A DNA stretch of 64,000 nt from a virus: the IMG/VR virus record IMGVR_UViG_3300030106_006452, positions 1-64,000 of that record; one strand, given 5' to 3'. Within the stretch, counting starts at the first letter, position 1. Each line of letters starts with the position of its first letter. Position numbers and translations under genes: made by a program. Under the pieces are notes generated by a model that had not been told where the DNA came from, searched no databases, and saw only the letters and a list, made by a program, of their open reading frames with translations. Below are positions 47,890 through 57,768 of this stretch, piece by piece.

Positions 47890-47896
47890 TAAGTAG
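47890..47896 (-). promoter_or_regulatory. putative late promoter motif CTACTTA
   Basis: Directly downstream of a terminator, at the head of the packaging operon. Confidence 0.6.
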
Positions 47897-47904
47897 TTTT
47901 TAAT

Positions 47905-47932
47905 AAAAAAGGGAAGGTCCGAAGACCTTCCC
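47905..47932 (-). terminator. Rho-independent terminator with cUUCGg tetraloop
   Basis: GGGAAGGTC-TTCG-GACCTTCCC followed by T6. Confidence 0.92.
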
Positions 47933-47959
47933 CAGAGAACTTATACTAAAAGTAAAAGA

Positions 47960-50900
47960 TTACTTGTTCTCTAACTGCTTCTTGAGTGAAGCGATTTGTG
48001 CGGACTGCTCTTGGATAGCAGAAACAAGAATAGCGGAGAGACGACCGTAATCGACACCGTAGAGTCCTTCTTCTGTACCGTGAACAGCTTGTGGCACAAC
48101 TTGCTTAAGTTGCTGCGCCATGAAACCGAAGTCTCTGGAGCCGTCCTTCTTCCAAGTGAAGTTAACAGCCTTAAGATTGTTAACAGTGTCAAGGCCACCC
48201 TGAATTGGGGAAACATCGGTCTTGAGTCTTTCATCGGAGTATGTGACGAAAGCAGCTGCGCGAATCTTATTTACATTGTTCGATCCATCAGCAACATCAA
48301 CTGCAAACTCAGAGGTAGCATCGCCACCAAGAGTTAGAATTGTTGCGCTAGAGCCGTTAACGAACTTAAGAGTGTGATCTGCAGCAGTGTACTTCATTAA
48401 CTCGTTTGCAGCTGCGCCGTGGAAAGAAACATCTTTACCAGAGCCGTCTGCGCCGAAAGCGCTTGTGTCGTTGAAGTGAAGACCAGCAGAACCACCGTCG
48501 AATCTAACTACGTTAGCAGCAGATATAAATGCGATGCTTCCATCATCGTCGTCACCGAAGACCATCGCTTGGTCATCACCAACAATACCGCCTGCCTTGA
48601 ACTCTGCTTCTTTGCTAAATTCAATGCCTTCGTTTCCGTTTGACGTAACAAACTTCAAGTAAGAGTTTCCACCCTCATTGATATCAAGTGCGGAAGCAAG
48701 ATTGTCTGTTAGAGTTATCTTGTTGGTACCAGTGTTACCAGCAAATCTAACATCTAGACCTGCGGCCGCAGCATCAACAGTGATGCTATCACAAGCAAGT
48801 GAACCAACGTTAGTGATGTTGCCATCGCTAACACTTAATGAGGTAACAGTAGTTGCAGCAAAACCAGCTTGACCAGCTTGTATCTCATAGGTGCCGAAGT
48901 TTGCTGAACCGCTGAAAGATAGGCCATTAGCTGCAGAACCAGAAATTACGAACACGTCATCAGCAGAAGAATATTTTAACGAACCGGATGCACCAGTATC
49001 AAATTCGTCAGTAGCAAATTGAATTTCTTTATTATCATAAACGACACCACCTTGCTCAATCTCCAGCTCTTTCTTGAGGAAAATTGCCTCTGAGCCGTTT
49101 GAAGTGTCAAACTGCATGTATACGTTTGAAGATTCTCTGATTTGTAGAGCAGCAGAGCGGTTATCTGTCATGACAAGATCAAAATCATTACCATCTGCAG
49201 AAATAGTATCAAGAGCGATATCACCAACGTTTGTAATGTTACCATCGGAAACGCTTAATGAAGTACCAACAAGAGCAGCGAAAGTACCAGCAACAGCCGA
49301 GTTAGCACCGATAACGGTACCATCAATTGCACCACTGTCTACATTAATGTTAGTAATTGCTTGGCTGTTTGCATCAAGCGCAGAGCCAAGTTGATCAATG
49401 TGACCGACATCAACGTGTGCGGCTGACCATTGTAGTGCTGAAGTACCGAGGGCGCGAGCGCTATCAGTAGAAGGCACTAGATCAGAGTCAAAGCGACCGG
49501 TTGCAGTAATTGTATCACTTGTAGCATCACCTAAATCAACGTTACCACCAGCAACAAGAGTTGTGAAGGTACCAGCAGCGGCGGTATTACCACCGATAAC
49601 TGTGTTATCGATAACACCACTATCTACATTAATGTTAGTGATTGCTTGGCTGTTTGCATCAAGAGCAGCACCAAGTTGATCAGCACGAAGATCATCAATG
49701 TAAGCAACACCATCAAGGTAAAGATCCTTGAACTCTGCACCAGAAGCACCAAGATCAACATCGTTGTCAGTCTCTGGACGTAGAACGCCATCTTGGAGAC
49801 GCATCTCAGTTGTACCACCAATGTTAAAATCTAAAGCAGTGTTAGCGTGATCGTAAAGAACAGAAGCAACAGTGTCAGAGCCACTGGTGCCACCAATCTG
49901 TAAACCACCACCTGCTGATGCAGCCGAAGCTGAGCCAGAAGCGGCCAAGATTAATTTGTCGACAACCTCAAGAGTTGTCTCTGTGCGTGTTACACTATTG
50001 ATCTCGTTAACGTCAAGAACGTCAATTTGAGCGTAAGTAGCGGTTAAGTGTGTAATAGTACCAATAGCTTTGTTTGCGTCAAGAACAAGAGCCTTGCTTG
50101 CAGCGGCAGTACCAGCAGTGACGCCATCAACGTAACCAAGCTCCGTAGCATTAACGCTTACAGCGTCAAGCGTAAAGCTTGTATCAGCAGAAAGAGTACC
50201 GTTAACGGTAAGAGCACCGTCAGCGAGCGACATCAGATCAGTGTCAGAATCACAACCAATGGTTGAACTATCATCAACTAATAATGACTTAAGTGCAGTG
50301 TCGCCATCAGCGTCAACTGTGAAACCAGTCATCGTGACAGTACCAGCGGTCATATCACCAGTCATCGTAACATTACGGAAACCATCAGCATCTTTATTAC
50401 TATCAACGACGACGGCCTTAGAAGCGGCAACAGTACCAGCGGTAACACCATCAATAGTTTCAAGCTCTGCCTCGTTAATATTAGCAGAACCAATAACAAA
50501 ACTACCAGCAGTAACTGCACCAGTAGCAGTAAGGTTGCGGAAAGAAGCTGCATCTTTGTTTGAATCAACAACAACAGCTTTACTTGCAGCAACAGTACCA
50601 GCAGTAACACCATCAATAAAACCAACTTCGGTTGCATTTAGAGTTACTGAATCAAGAGTAAAGCTTGTGTCGCAAGAAAGTGTACCGGCGACGGTAAGAG
50701 CACCATCGGCAAGTGTCATTAGATCAGTATCAGAATCACAACCAATGGTTGAGCTATCATCAACTAATAATGACTTAAGTGCGGTATCACCATCTGCATC
50801 TACCGTAAAGCCTGTCATAGTGACAGTTGCTGCAGTCATATCGCCTGTCATTGTAACATTACGGAAGCCAGATGCATCTTTATTAGCATCGACAACAACT

Positions 50901-51160
50901 GCTTTGCTGGCTGCGACAGTACCATTGGTGATACCGTCTAATTTTTCAAGGTCAGCCTCGGACATATCGGCAGAACCGATGATGAACGAGCCCACAGCGG
51001 TAACATTACCAGCTGCAGAAATACCTACATTTGTGCGAACTAACTCAGAGCCAGCATTTCCTTTAAGATAAATTGAACCACTCGCAGTTGGAGCGGTATC
51101 TGCGTAACTTTGTAAGTCAATAAACTTTCCATATTCACTTACTGTAGCGGGACTAGACAT
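47960..51160 (-). CDS. long tail fibre with C-terminal peptidase S74 intramolecular chaperone
   Basis: Gly/Ala/Thr/Asp-rich repeats; YSDERLK, FTWK, GFMAQ, VDYGRL and terminal coiled-coil. Confidence 0.85.
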   Translation of the reverse strand: MSSPATVSEYGKFIDLQSYADTAPTASGSIYLKGNAGSELVRTNVGISAAGNVTAVGSFIIGSADMSEADLEKLDGITNGTVAASKAVVVDANKDASGFRNVTMTGDMTAATVTMTGFTVDADGDTALKSLLVDDSSTIGCDSDTDLMTLADGALTVAGTLSCDTSFTLDSVTLNATEVGFIDGVTAGTVAASKAVVVDSNKDAASFRNLTATGAVTAGSFVIGSANINEAELETIDGVTAGTVAASKAVVVDSNKDADGFRNVTMTGDMTAGTVTMTGFTVDADGDTALKSLLVDDSSTIGCDSDTDLMSLADGALTVNGTLSADTSFTLDAVSVNATELGYVDGVTAGTAAASKALVLDANKAIGTITHLTATYAQIDVLDVNEINSVTRTETTLEVVDKLILAASGSASAASAGGGLQIGGTSGSDTVASVLYDHANTALDFNIGGTTEMRLQDGVLRPETDNDVDLGASGAEFKDLYLDGVAYIDDLRADQLGAALDANSQAITNINVDSGVIDNTVIGGNTAAAGTFTTLVAGGNVDLGDATSDTITATGRFDSDLVPSTDSARALGTSALQWSAAHVDVGHIDQLGSALDANSQAITNINVDSGAIDGTVIGANSAVAGTFAALVGTSLSVSDGNITNVGDIALDTISADGNDFDLVMTDNRSAALQIRESSNVYMQFDTSNGSEAIFLKKELEIEQGGVVYDNKEIQFATDEFDTGASGSLKYSSADDVFVISGSAANGLSFSGSANFGTYEIQAGQAGFAATTVTSLSVSDGNITNVGSLACDSITVDAAAAGLDVRFAGNTGTNKITLTDNLASALDINEGGNSYLKFVTSNGNEGIEFSKEAEFKAGGIVGDDQAMVFGDDDDGSIAFISAANVVRFDGGSAGLHFNDTSAFGADGSGKDVSFHGAAANELMKYTAADHTLKFVNGSSATILTLGGDATSEFAVDVADGSNNVNKIRAAAFVTYSDERLKTDVSPIQGGLDTVNNLKAVNFTWKKDGSRDFGFMAQQLKQVVPQAVHGTEEGLYGVDYGRLSAILVSAIQEQSAQIASLKKQLENK
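50070..50992 (-). repeat. tandem 486-nt (162-aa) duplication in tail fibre
   Basis: caactaataatgacttaagt at 50275 and 50761; duplicated GFTVDADGDTALKSLLVDDSSTIGCDSDTDLM. Confidence 0.9.
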
Positions 51161-51182
51161 ATTTTAAAATCCTCCTTATAAG

Positions 51183-51221
51183 TCTAAATACCAGGTGGTA
51201 CGAAATCACACCTGGTCTAGA
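51183..51221 (-). promoter_or_regulatory. 5' UTR hairpin of tail fibre gene
   Basis: UCUAGA-CCAGGUG...CACCUGG-ua-UUUAGA between the late motif and the AGGAGG SD. Confidence 0.55.
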
Positions 51222-51228
51222 TAAGTAG
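51222..51228 (-). promoter_or_regulatory. putative late promoter motif CTACTTA
   Basis: Upstream of fibre gene. Confidence 0.55.
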
Positions 51229-51232
51229 AGGT

Positions 51233-52204
51233 CTAAGTCGGTTCAGTCCCTTGTTTTAGACACTTTATTTCGTCTTTTAAATTATCTATTTGATTTTGTT
51301 GAGATTTAATTCCTTCAAGAAGAATGGGTATAATTCTAGTGTAATCCATACTCATAGCTTGAGGAGAATTTTCAGAGTTTTTGTTGTCCCATTCTACAAT
51401 AATAGGTAGTTCTTTACCTACTTCTTCAGCAATAAACCCATAATCTTTTTGATCATTTTTTTTCCACGTAAACGTAACACCACGAAGGTTTTGTATGGTT
51501 TCTATAGGATTATCAATAACTTCTACATCTTTCTTAAAACGCTGCGAAGAATAAGTCATGTAAGCGTTTGCTTTAATTTTTCCACTGTTATCTGCTACAT
51601 CTGGTAGTGTTATACCGTGTGTGACGCCGCCAATTGGCATTCCTACGCCTATTTTTTGATCCACATATAAAGCAGAACCGGATATTGCTACACCATTTGT
51701 TGAGCCAGATATTTCTAAATAGTTATTTGTCGAAGCAGCAAACATAAAATGAGAGTCATTATCATCTCCAAGAAAAAGCTTAACATCATCTCCAAACTTC
51801 ATACTAGCTGCTGTGCCATCCGAGTCTGATACCATCTCAATGGCGCCTCCAATTTTAAGTGGAGAGGCTCCTTGTAGCGTCCCGCGTATTTGTACGGTGC
51901 TACCCGACAACACAATACCATTACCGGAACCAGAAATAACTAAAAAATCATCAACAGCTTCATTGTAATGAATAAAAGCATCATCATTGGTACCAAATTT
52001 TAATTTTGTATCGTCTGCAATTTTAAGATTTGTGTCATCAAAAGTAAGTGGAACAACAGAACCTAGAGTTCCATTATTGTTAAACTGTAGAGTGTTGTCA
52101 TTTCCTGCAGGGCTAGTAGGTGATTGTTGTTTGGCGATATCGCCTATTTGTAATTCAGAAAATAAATTTCTTCTTGTTCTGCGGCCTCGTGATCTTCTAG
52201 ACAT
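51233..52204 (-). CDS. short fibre protein with peptidase S74 domain
   Basis: LQFNNNG, DDxKLxFG repeats, YSSQRFKK, GVTFTWK, GFIAEEV, MDYTRI. Confidence 0.8.
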   Translation of the reverse strand: MSRRSRGRRTRRNLFSELQIGDIAKQQSPTSPAGNDNTLQFNNNGTLGSVVPLTFDDTNLKIADDTKLKFGTNDDAFIHYNEAVDDFLVISGSGNGIVLSGSTVQIRGTLQGASPLKIGGAIEMVSDSDGTAASMKFGDDVKLFLGDDNDSHFMFAASTNNYLEISGSTNGVAISGSALYVDQKIGVGMPIGGVTHGITLPDVADNSGKIKANAYMTYSSQRFKKDVEVIDNPIETIQNLRGVTFTWKKNDQKDYGFIAEEVGKELPIIVEWDNKNSENSPQAMSMDYTRIIPILLEGIKSQQNQIDNLKDEIKCLKQGTEPT

Positions 52205-52666
52205 TTATCTAAAATTTCCCGCATCTACCGCATAAACGACAGCAATGGTTAAACCAATACCGACGATAACACCACCAACCGCCCACCAAGTTGTATAATC
52301 TTCTTTACCTGCTGCTAAATCAGACAGTCTTTTTATCTCATCATCTTTTAACTTCATTAGTGTGGTATGTTTTTCTTGTAAAGAATCTAAGCTAGCTTTT
52401 TGAGATTGTATAGTAAGATCTAGTCTTGCTTTTTGTTTGCCTAATTCATATTGAAGTTTAAGTTCAAACTGTTCTTTCAGGTATTTCTTATCTGAAAATA
52501 CTTTTGCTGCAGCAATATTATCTAATAATACACCAGTATAAGGCGCATGTTCGCCTTTTGATAATCCAGTTATCTTACCTTTTGGAATAGGAGTATCTTC
52601 CGCAAGACATACGGGTGCGTATACTAACGAAAAACAAAGAATCAAAGATATTATTTTACTCCACAT
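52205..52666 (-). CDS. spanin-like protein (signal peptide, coiled-coil, C-terminal TM helix)
   Basis: Adjacent to holin-like and i-spanin-like genes; GEHAPYTGVLL. Confidence 0.45.
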   Translation of the reverse strand: MWSKIISLILCFSLVYAPVCLAEDTPIPKGKITGLSKGEHAPYTGVLLDNIAAAKVFSDKKYLKEQFELKLQYELGKQKARLDLTIQSQKASLDSLQEKHTTLMKLKDDEIKRLSDLAAGKEDYTTWWAVGGVIVGIGLTIAVVYAVDAGNFR

Positions 52667-53060
52667 AATCTATTCCATACCTCTCAGCTAAAATTTTTGC
52701 CAGATCATCTGGTCTGTCATTAAACTCTTTTACTATCTTTTTTATCTCTTTCTTCTTTTTAGTATCTAGCTTCATATTTTTTTCTTCATAATCTTTTTCT
52801 AGCTGAGTTAGGACATTATCATAATTTTTTAATATTTGATCTCTTGCCTCTATTTCTTTTTTGTGAGCCTCTTCTATTGTTTTTATTTGACTTTCATAAC
52901 TTTTAGATCTAATTTCTAAAACTTTCAACGCGCCAGCTTTATTTTTAAACAAAAACCAAAGAACTAGTGTATAAACAACAACAGCTGGTACATACCAGTT
53001 GTGTCTTAACCAGGTCCAGGTTTTTTTCAAAGTTGATTTTAAAGTCAATAAAGTTAACAT
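52656..53060 (-). CDS. i-spanin-like protein (N-terminal TM and coiled-coil)
   Basis: Start ATG 53060 overlaps the holin stop (TAATG); WYVPAVVVYTLVLWFLF followed by long coiled-coil. Confidence 0.5.
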   Translation of the reverse strand: MLTLLTLKSTLKKTWTWLRHNWYVPAVVVYTLVLWFLFKNKAGALKVLEIRSKSYESQIKTIEEAHKKEIEARDQILKNYDNVLTQLEKDYEEKNMKLDTKKKKEIKKIVKEFNDRPDDLAKILAERYGIDYVE

Positions 53061-53278
53061 TATTTTCCGTGCTTCCAGGTTGCTGCTATATCCGCGATAC
53101 CTTGTATACCAATATAAGCAAGTGAGACGGCCACCCAATCTTCACTGGTTAAGGCGCCACCCACTAACATAAAATAAGTAGCAGTCATCCACACCATAAG
53201 CTTTCTTGAAAGCAATCTTCCTATTGTTTTATCTAAAAAAGGTTTGACTTGCTTTGCTTGCTTTTGAATTTCTGTCAT
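53060..53278 (-). CDS. holin-like protein
   Basis: 72 aa; SRKLMVW, two TM helices, AYIGIQGIAD. Confidence 0.6.
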   Translation of the reverse strand: MTEIQKQAKQVKPFLDKTIGRLLSRKLMVWMTATYFMLVGGALTSEDWVAVSLAYIGIQGIADIAATWKHGK

Positions 53279-53296
53279 TTTCTATCTCCTATATTA

Positions 53297-54601
53297 TCAT
53301 CCATTTCCCTCTCTTCCATCTACTTTATAGGCTGTGTTTCGCTCTCTAATTGTTGCTGGTCCGGGAATTGTTATAAAGTATGGTGCTTGCCTATTTGCTG
53401 CTTCGCAAGGGAATCTTCGTGTTTTTAGTTTATTAGCAGTGGCTCTAATTTCAAAATTATTAGATCCAAATTTTTGCCTAAATGTCTCAGGCTCGTCCGC
53501 ATCGCACCAGTAAGGAACTATTGTTTCAAAAGCACCCATATCAGGCGCACTTCCTTGAGGTCTAGATACATCATTGATATCAACATTTATATTATTAAAC
53601 GATGTACCTTGGTCAATACCAACAGATCCAGCGGCTAAAGCAAAATTTTGAACTATAGCTTGGGTATGGCCAGTAGAGGTGCCATCTACAAACGTTACCG
53701 CATCTGTTGTTTCTGAGGCGTGTGCGCTGTCGGCGCTACCTAGACCATTGAGAAATGCAGTCCCTTGTACATTAACAACATTAAAAGTGTGATCCGCTGC
53801 ATCTATTCCTTTTAAGTTGGCGCCTGAACCAGTGACAACGCAATTGATAACTTTAGGAAATGTTTTTATCACCTCTATGTTGGTGCCAACTTCTTCAAAT
53901 TTAAAAGTACAAAAACTAGCTGTGGCGTTCTTTGATGCGTTTTTAGCTGTTAATATTGGATTTAATGATTCTCCACCTACACCAGTTGCGCTTCTACTAA
54001 GAAAGCAATTTTCAATTTCAAATTGACCACCACCCCCTGTACCGGATGACCCATCTGCGCCAAATCTTATTGCGTCTTGGTTTTTATTTGTGAACATAAA
54101 TGAAGTTTGTTTTATTCTAATATTTTCACCTGCCTGACAGTGCATATCTCCATTTGCAATTGCAGAAACTTGATAAATAAAACACTCTGTGATTGTAAGC
54201 CCATTTGCGTTATTAGTACCAGCAGGATATATTGTTAATAATTGTTGGTTGACATGTCCAGATCCTTTGACCTCTATTCCATTTAAGGTAAATCCTGTGC
54301 GCATCGTTGCTCCAGAAGCGACTTGAAGTTTAATTGGATTTGTATCGGCATCTGCACTAGCGTCAATAACTGGGAGTCCAAGTTGTGAGGCGGTGTGTGT
54401 TAGTGTTAGATTGTTTACTGGAATTTGTAGTGGGAAAGTTTCATCGTCATAAGTTGCTTCATCAATGATTTCAATGGTATCCCCGGCAGTGACACCAGCT
54501 TTACCTAGCGCTGCCCCAATGGTTTTTGTAGCTTGTCCTGGGCTTTCTCCACTTTGACCGTCATTACCGTTAGTATCTGAAACATAAAAAGTATTTGGCA
54601 T
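53297..54601 (-). CDS. right-handed beta-helix protein (tailspike/depolymerase-like) with choice-of-anchor-Q-like end
   Basis: FYVS..GND..SG..P..TIGAAL start; DINDVSRPQGSAPDMGAFE. Confidence 0.65.
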   Translation of the reverse strand: MPNTFYVSDTNGNDGQSGESPGQATKTIGAALGKAGVTAGDTIEIIDEATYDDETFPLQIPVNNLTLTHTASQLGLPVIDASADADTNPIKLQVASGATMRTGFTLNGIEVKGSGHVNQQLLTIYPAGTNNANGLTITECFIYQVSAIANGDMHCQAGENIRIKQTSFMFTNKNQDAIRFGADGSSGTGGGGQFEIENCFLSRSATGVGGESLNPILTAKNASKNATASFCTFKFEEVGTNIEVIKTFPKVINCVVTGSGANLKGIDAADHTFNVVNVQGTAFLNGLGSADSAHASETTDAVTFVDGTSTGHTQAIVQNFALAAGSVGIDQGTSFNNINVDINDVSRPQGSAPDMGAFETIVPYWCDADEPETFRQKFGSNNFEIRATANKLKTRRFPCEAANRQAPYFITIPGPATIRERNTAYKVDGREGNG

Positions 54602-54609
54602 CTAAAACC

Positions 54610-57600
54610 TCAAATCATAATGTGTGCGAACCCCTCTTTTTTATCAATTGTGATTTGTTGGTCCACACAATCTTTAAGATGGTCAAGATGTGAAATCAAA
54701 ATGACCGTTTTAAAGTATGTCTTAATTAGTTCTAAAATTGAAATAAAACCATCCATATTCTCAGCATCTAGCGCAGTCCCCGGTTCATCAAGGATAAAGA
54801 TATTAGACTTTGGAAGAGACGAGACAGATAGAAGAGCAAGTCTGATGGCCATTGCTGCTAGCGTCTTCTCTGCGCCGGAGCCCATTTCAATAGGTCGTCG
54901 GTCATACTTTGGATGTTTAATAAAAATATTAAGTCTTTTTTCCTCTGCCTCAAAGAAAATCTCAAAGTCAACAACATTGGCTAAAATACGAGACATCTCA
55001 TCATTAATAATTGGCAGCTTCTTTTTGATAATGTCATAAGCTATGCCATTAGGATGCATACACTTCATTAAAAGGTCAAAAGCGGTAATCTCATTTTGTA
55101 AATTATGTAGCCACTCTTTCTTTTCTCGTAGTGTCTGCGCTTGTTGTGCTAATGACCCATTATCTCTATGAAGACCCTGTAGTTCAGTTCGGCACTTATC
55201 TATACTCCTCTGTTTTTTGGCTATCTCTTTTGCTACATTTGCTAATTGCAGAATGAACGTCTCTTTGTTTTCAATAAGACTTTTGTTTTTATTGTAATCA
55301 TCAATTGAAATATTAATACGCTGTAGTTCGTTTTGCGCTGAAAGTACAGAGTTTTCCCACTTACCTTTTTCAAGGTCTGTTTTTAAAATAACTTGTTCAG
55401 CTTCTCTTCTTTTCTCCATTAGTTTTTTATAGTTTTCTAAATGAGAATTTATTTTTTCTTCATTTGATCTGTTTAGAAGCCTCTCTGCTTTTTCTTTTTC
55501 GTTATTTATTGACTGAACTTGGCCTACAAGATCAACAAGAGTTTCTTTTGAGCAATGAGCATCTTTGATAAACTTACAAGATTTAAACTTATCTCCACAT
55601 GGCACCTCACCAAGAAGCTTTACTTTTTTCTCATTTAATTCTTTAAGTTTTTCAGCATTTTCTAGTTCTGTTAGAAGATTGCTTATTTTAAGAAGTTTTT
55701 CATCTATTTCGTCTTTTTGGTTTTTAACGGAGACAATATCAAATGACTCTTCAAACTTCGCTATTTTAGCTAAAAGTTCGTTCTTTTCAGCAAGTATTAT
55801 ATTACAATTACTAACATTGGAGTTGTATGTGGATATATCTTGTTCTTGCTTGTTTCTATCTTTTAGAACTTCACATATGTCAATTACTTCTGCTGGAATG
55901 GAGTCTATCTTTGTTTCTAGATCTTTTTTATCTAGCTGTAAAGACATTAATTCTTCATTCAAACTTTCGCACATTTCGTTTTGTTCAGTGATTTTATTTT
56001 CAGAAAACATTATTTGTTTTTCTATTTCATATATCTCACTATCATAATCTATATCTTCTGCTTTGCGGAGTGCTCCGCGAAGATCTGCAGCTTCATCTTT
56101 AATGAGTTTGTACTTTCTTTCAAAGAACTGAAGATCAAGAAACTTTGCTAGCGCCTCTTTTCTTTTTGTAGAGCCCTCATTAATGAAACGAAGAGAGTCT
56201 ATCTGTGATGACATGGAGGTCATTAAAAAGTCATCAACATTTCCAAAATGATTTCTAATGATAGCATCAGTTTCATTTCGGGTTGTGCCGTTAAGAATGG
56301 TTTCTTCGTCAGTTACCATGTCTTTTACTTTAAACAAGATATCTGTTTTTGCCTCTAACGTCTCATCACCTTTGAGTTTTTTAACATACTTTTCGCTTTT
56401 ACGTTCTATCGTATAGCGCTTGTGTCCAACATCAATAGTGACTATGCCGTCAGCCTCTTCTTTATTTTGATTAATAATATTGAGGTTTTTACGTTCGTTT
56501 TTGCTTGTAGAGTTAAAGATAGTATACAGCATACTGTCAATAACAGATGATTTACCAGAAAAGTTTTTACCAAATATGCCAACAATACCATTTAACTTAT
56601 CAAAATCTATAGAGTTATCTTCCCCATAATTAAATAAGTTATTCCAATGCATTGTACGCAGATTCCAATTAATATTCCGCTGAACATCTTCTTTCTCTGC
56701 TAAAGTGGCATTACATTTACGATTTAGTTTGAAGACTGCTTCTAACTGCTCATCTGTAGGCTCAAAGTCTTTAAGATATTCTTTGATAAGCTTTTCTTGT
56801 ACGGTAACATCGCGTAGGTTTTCTTCTACGTCGTCAGTTGCTAAGTCCTCTACGTTACCTCTTTGGCCAGCAGAGCGATTAAGATATCCAATGCTCTCTG
56901 GTTTAAATCTGTGTTTTGCTGCATCCATTGCACGCTTCATTGTACTAACAGGCAAGCTGTTCTCTGATACCAAACGTATGCGTGCGCCAAGAGGACACTC
57001 TGCGTTTTTAGGCAAACGTCCAGTTCTTGTTAAATTGATAGTAACGAAGGGCTTTGGATTAGGTATTTGGATATGCCTCACCGTAAAGTTTTCTTTATCT
57101 TCTATTTCCCATATAAGAAAACCTTTATCATTCGTCTCTCCGAAGTTCTGCTGAACAGTAGAACCTGGATACCGTATCTTTCCTGCGTCGTCTAATGCTT
57201 GATTTGTTTTATGGATGTCGCCTAAAAAGGCGTAGTCGAATTCGTCAAAGATCGATATCTCGTTTTCTCCGTGCTGCATTGTCCAGCCGACATCCGTGCG
57301 GCAATTTGAAATAGACCCGTGATACAAACCAATGTTAATAACATTATAGTCGGTAGGATCTCTCCAATTATCCCTATCAAATACGCTAAGAACGTTGAGA
57401 CATATTTCTTCATTTATTTTTACCTCTCCGCTATTCTTCAACAAGAAGAGGTTTGGAAGATCCAAAGCATCAACTATTGGAGTAATAGCATCTTCTCGGC
57501 TACTATTTTTCAAGTTGCCGTCATGGTTTCCAAGTATTATATAGGTCGGTGCAACAGAATTTAACCCACTTAGGAATTCTGAGCATAATTTTACAAACTC

Positions 57601-57768
57601 AGGAGAGATATTTGTTTTGGAGTGTGCAATGTCTCCGCAGTGAACAATATAATCCACTTTCTCTTCACGTAAGTGCTCGAAAAGCTTAGAGAAAACCTCA
57701 CGATATTCCGTATGATATTTTAGATTTTTTATGTGCGTGTCTGCGATATGGGCGATTTTATAGCTCAT
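54610..57768 (-). CDS. fused Mre11/SbcD nuclease and Rad50/SbcC ATPase (gp47-gp46 fusion)
   Basis: ADTH, GDIAH, GNHD, GDIH, YPGS then Walker A GKNFSGKSS, coiled-coil, GSGAE signature, ILDEP and ISH. Confidence 0.9.
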   Translation of the reverse strand: MSYKIAHIADTHIKNLKYHTEYREVFSKLFEHLREEKVDYIVHCGDIAHSKTNISPEFVKLCSEFLSGLNSVAPTYIILGNHDGNLKNSSREDAITPIVDALDLPNLFLLKNSGEVKINEEICLNVLSVFDRDNWRDPTDYNVINIGLYHGSISNCRTDVGWTMQHGENEISIFDEFDYAFLGDIHKTNQALDDAGKIRYPGSTVQQNFGETNDKGFLIWEIEDKENFTVRHIQIPNPKPFVTINLTRTGRLPKNAECPLGARIRLVSENSLPVSTMKRAMDAAKHRFKPESIGYLNRSAGQRGNVEDLATDDVEENLRDVTVQEKLIKEYLKDFEPTDEQLEAVFKLNRKCNATLAEKEDVQRNINWNLRTMHWNNLFNYGEDNSIDFDKLNGIVGIFGKNFSGKSSVIDSMLYTIFNSTSKNERKNLNIINQNKEEADGIVTIDVGHKRYTIERKSEKYVKKLKGDETLEAKTDILFKVKDMVTDEETILNGTTRNETDAIIRNHFGNVDDFLMTSMSSQIDSLRFINEGSTKRKEALAKFLDLQFFERKYKLIKDEAADLRGALRKAEDIDYDSEIYEIEKQIMFSENKITEQNEMCESLNEELMSLQLDKKDLETKIDSIPAEVIDICEVLKDRNKQEQDISTYNSNVSNCNIILAEKNELLAKIAKFEESFDIVSVKNQKDEIDEKLLKISNLLTELENAEKLKELNEKKVKLLGEVPCGDKFKSCKFIKDAHCSKETLVDLVGQVQSINNEKEKAERLLNRSNEEKINSHLENYKKLMEKRREAEQVILKTDLEKGKWENSVLSAQNELQRINISIDDYNKNKSLIENKETFILQLANVAKEIAKKQRSIDKCRTELQGLHRDNGSLAQQAQTLREKKEWLHNLQNEITAFDLLMKCMHPNGIAYDIIKKKLPIINDEMSRILANVVDFEIFFEAEEKRLNIFIKHPKYDRRPIEMGSGAEKTLAAMAIRLALLSVSSLPKSNIFILDEPGTALDAENMDGFISILELIKTYFKTVILISHLDHLKDCVDQQITIDKKEGFAHIMI

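Noticed and set aside
50070-50992. Long direct repeat as a DGR template/variable pair or CRISPR array
   Set aside because: Both copies are in-frame within one gene with mostly synonymous differences, no reverse transcriptase is visible, and there is no repeat-spacer periodicity
50241-51071. 276-aa plus-strand ORF, and other plus-strand ORFs such as 38831..39346 and 55565..56047
   Set aside because: Antisense shadows of repetitive or codon-biased minus-strand genes; no motifs recognised
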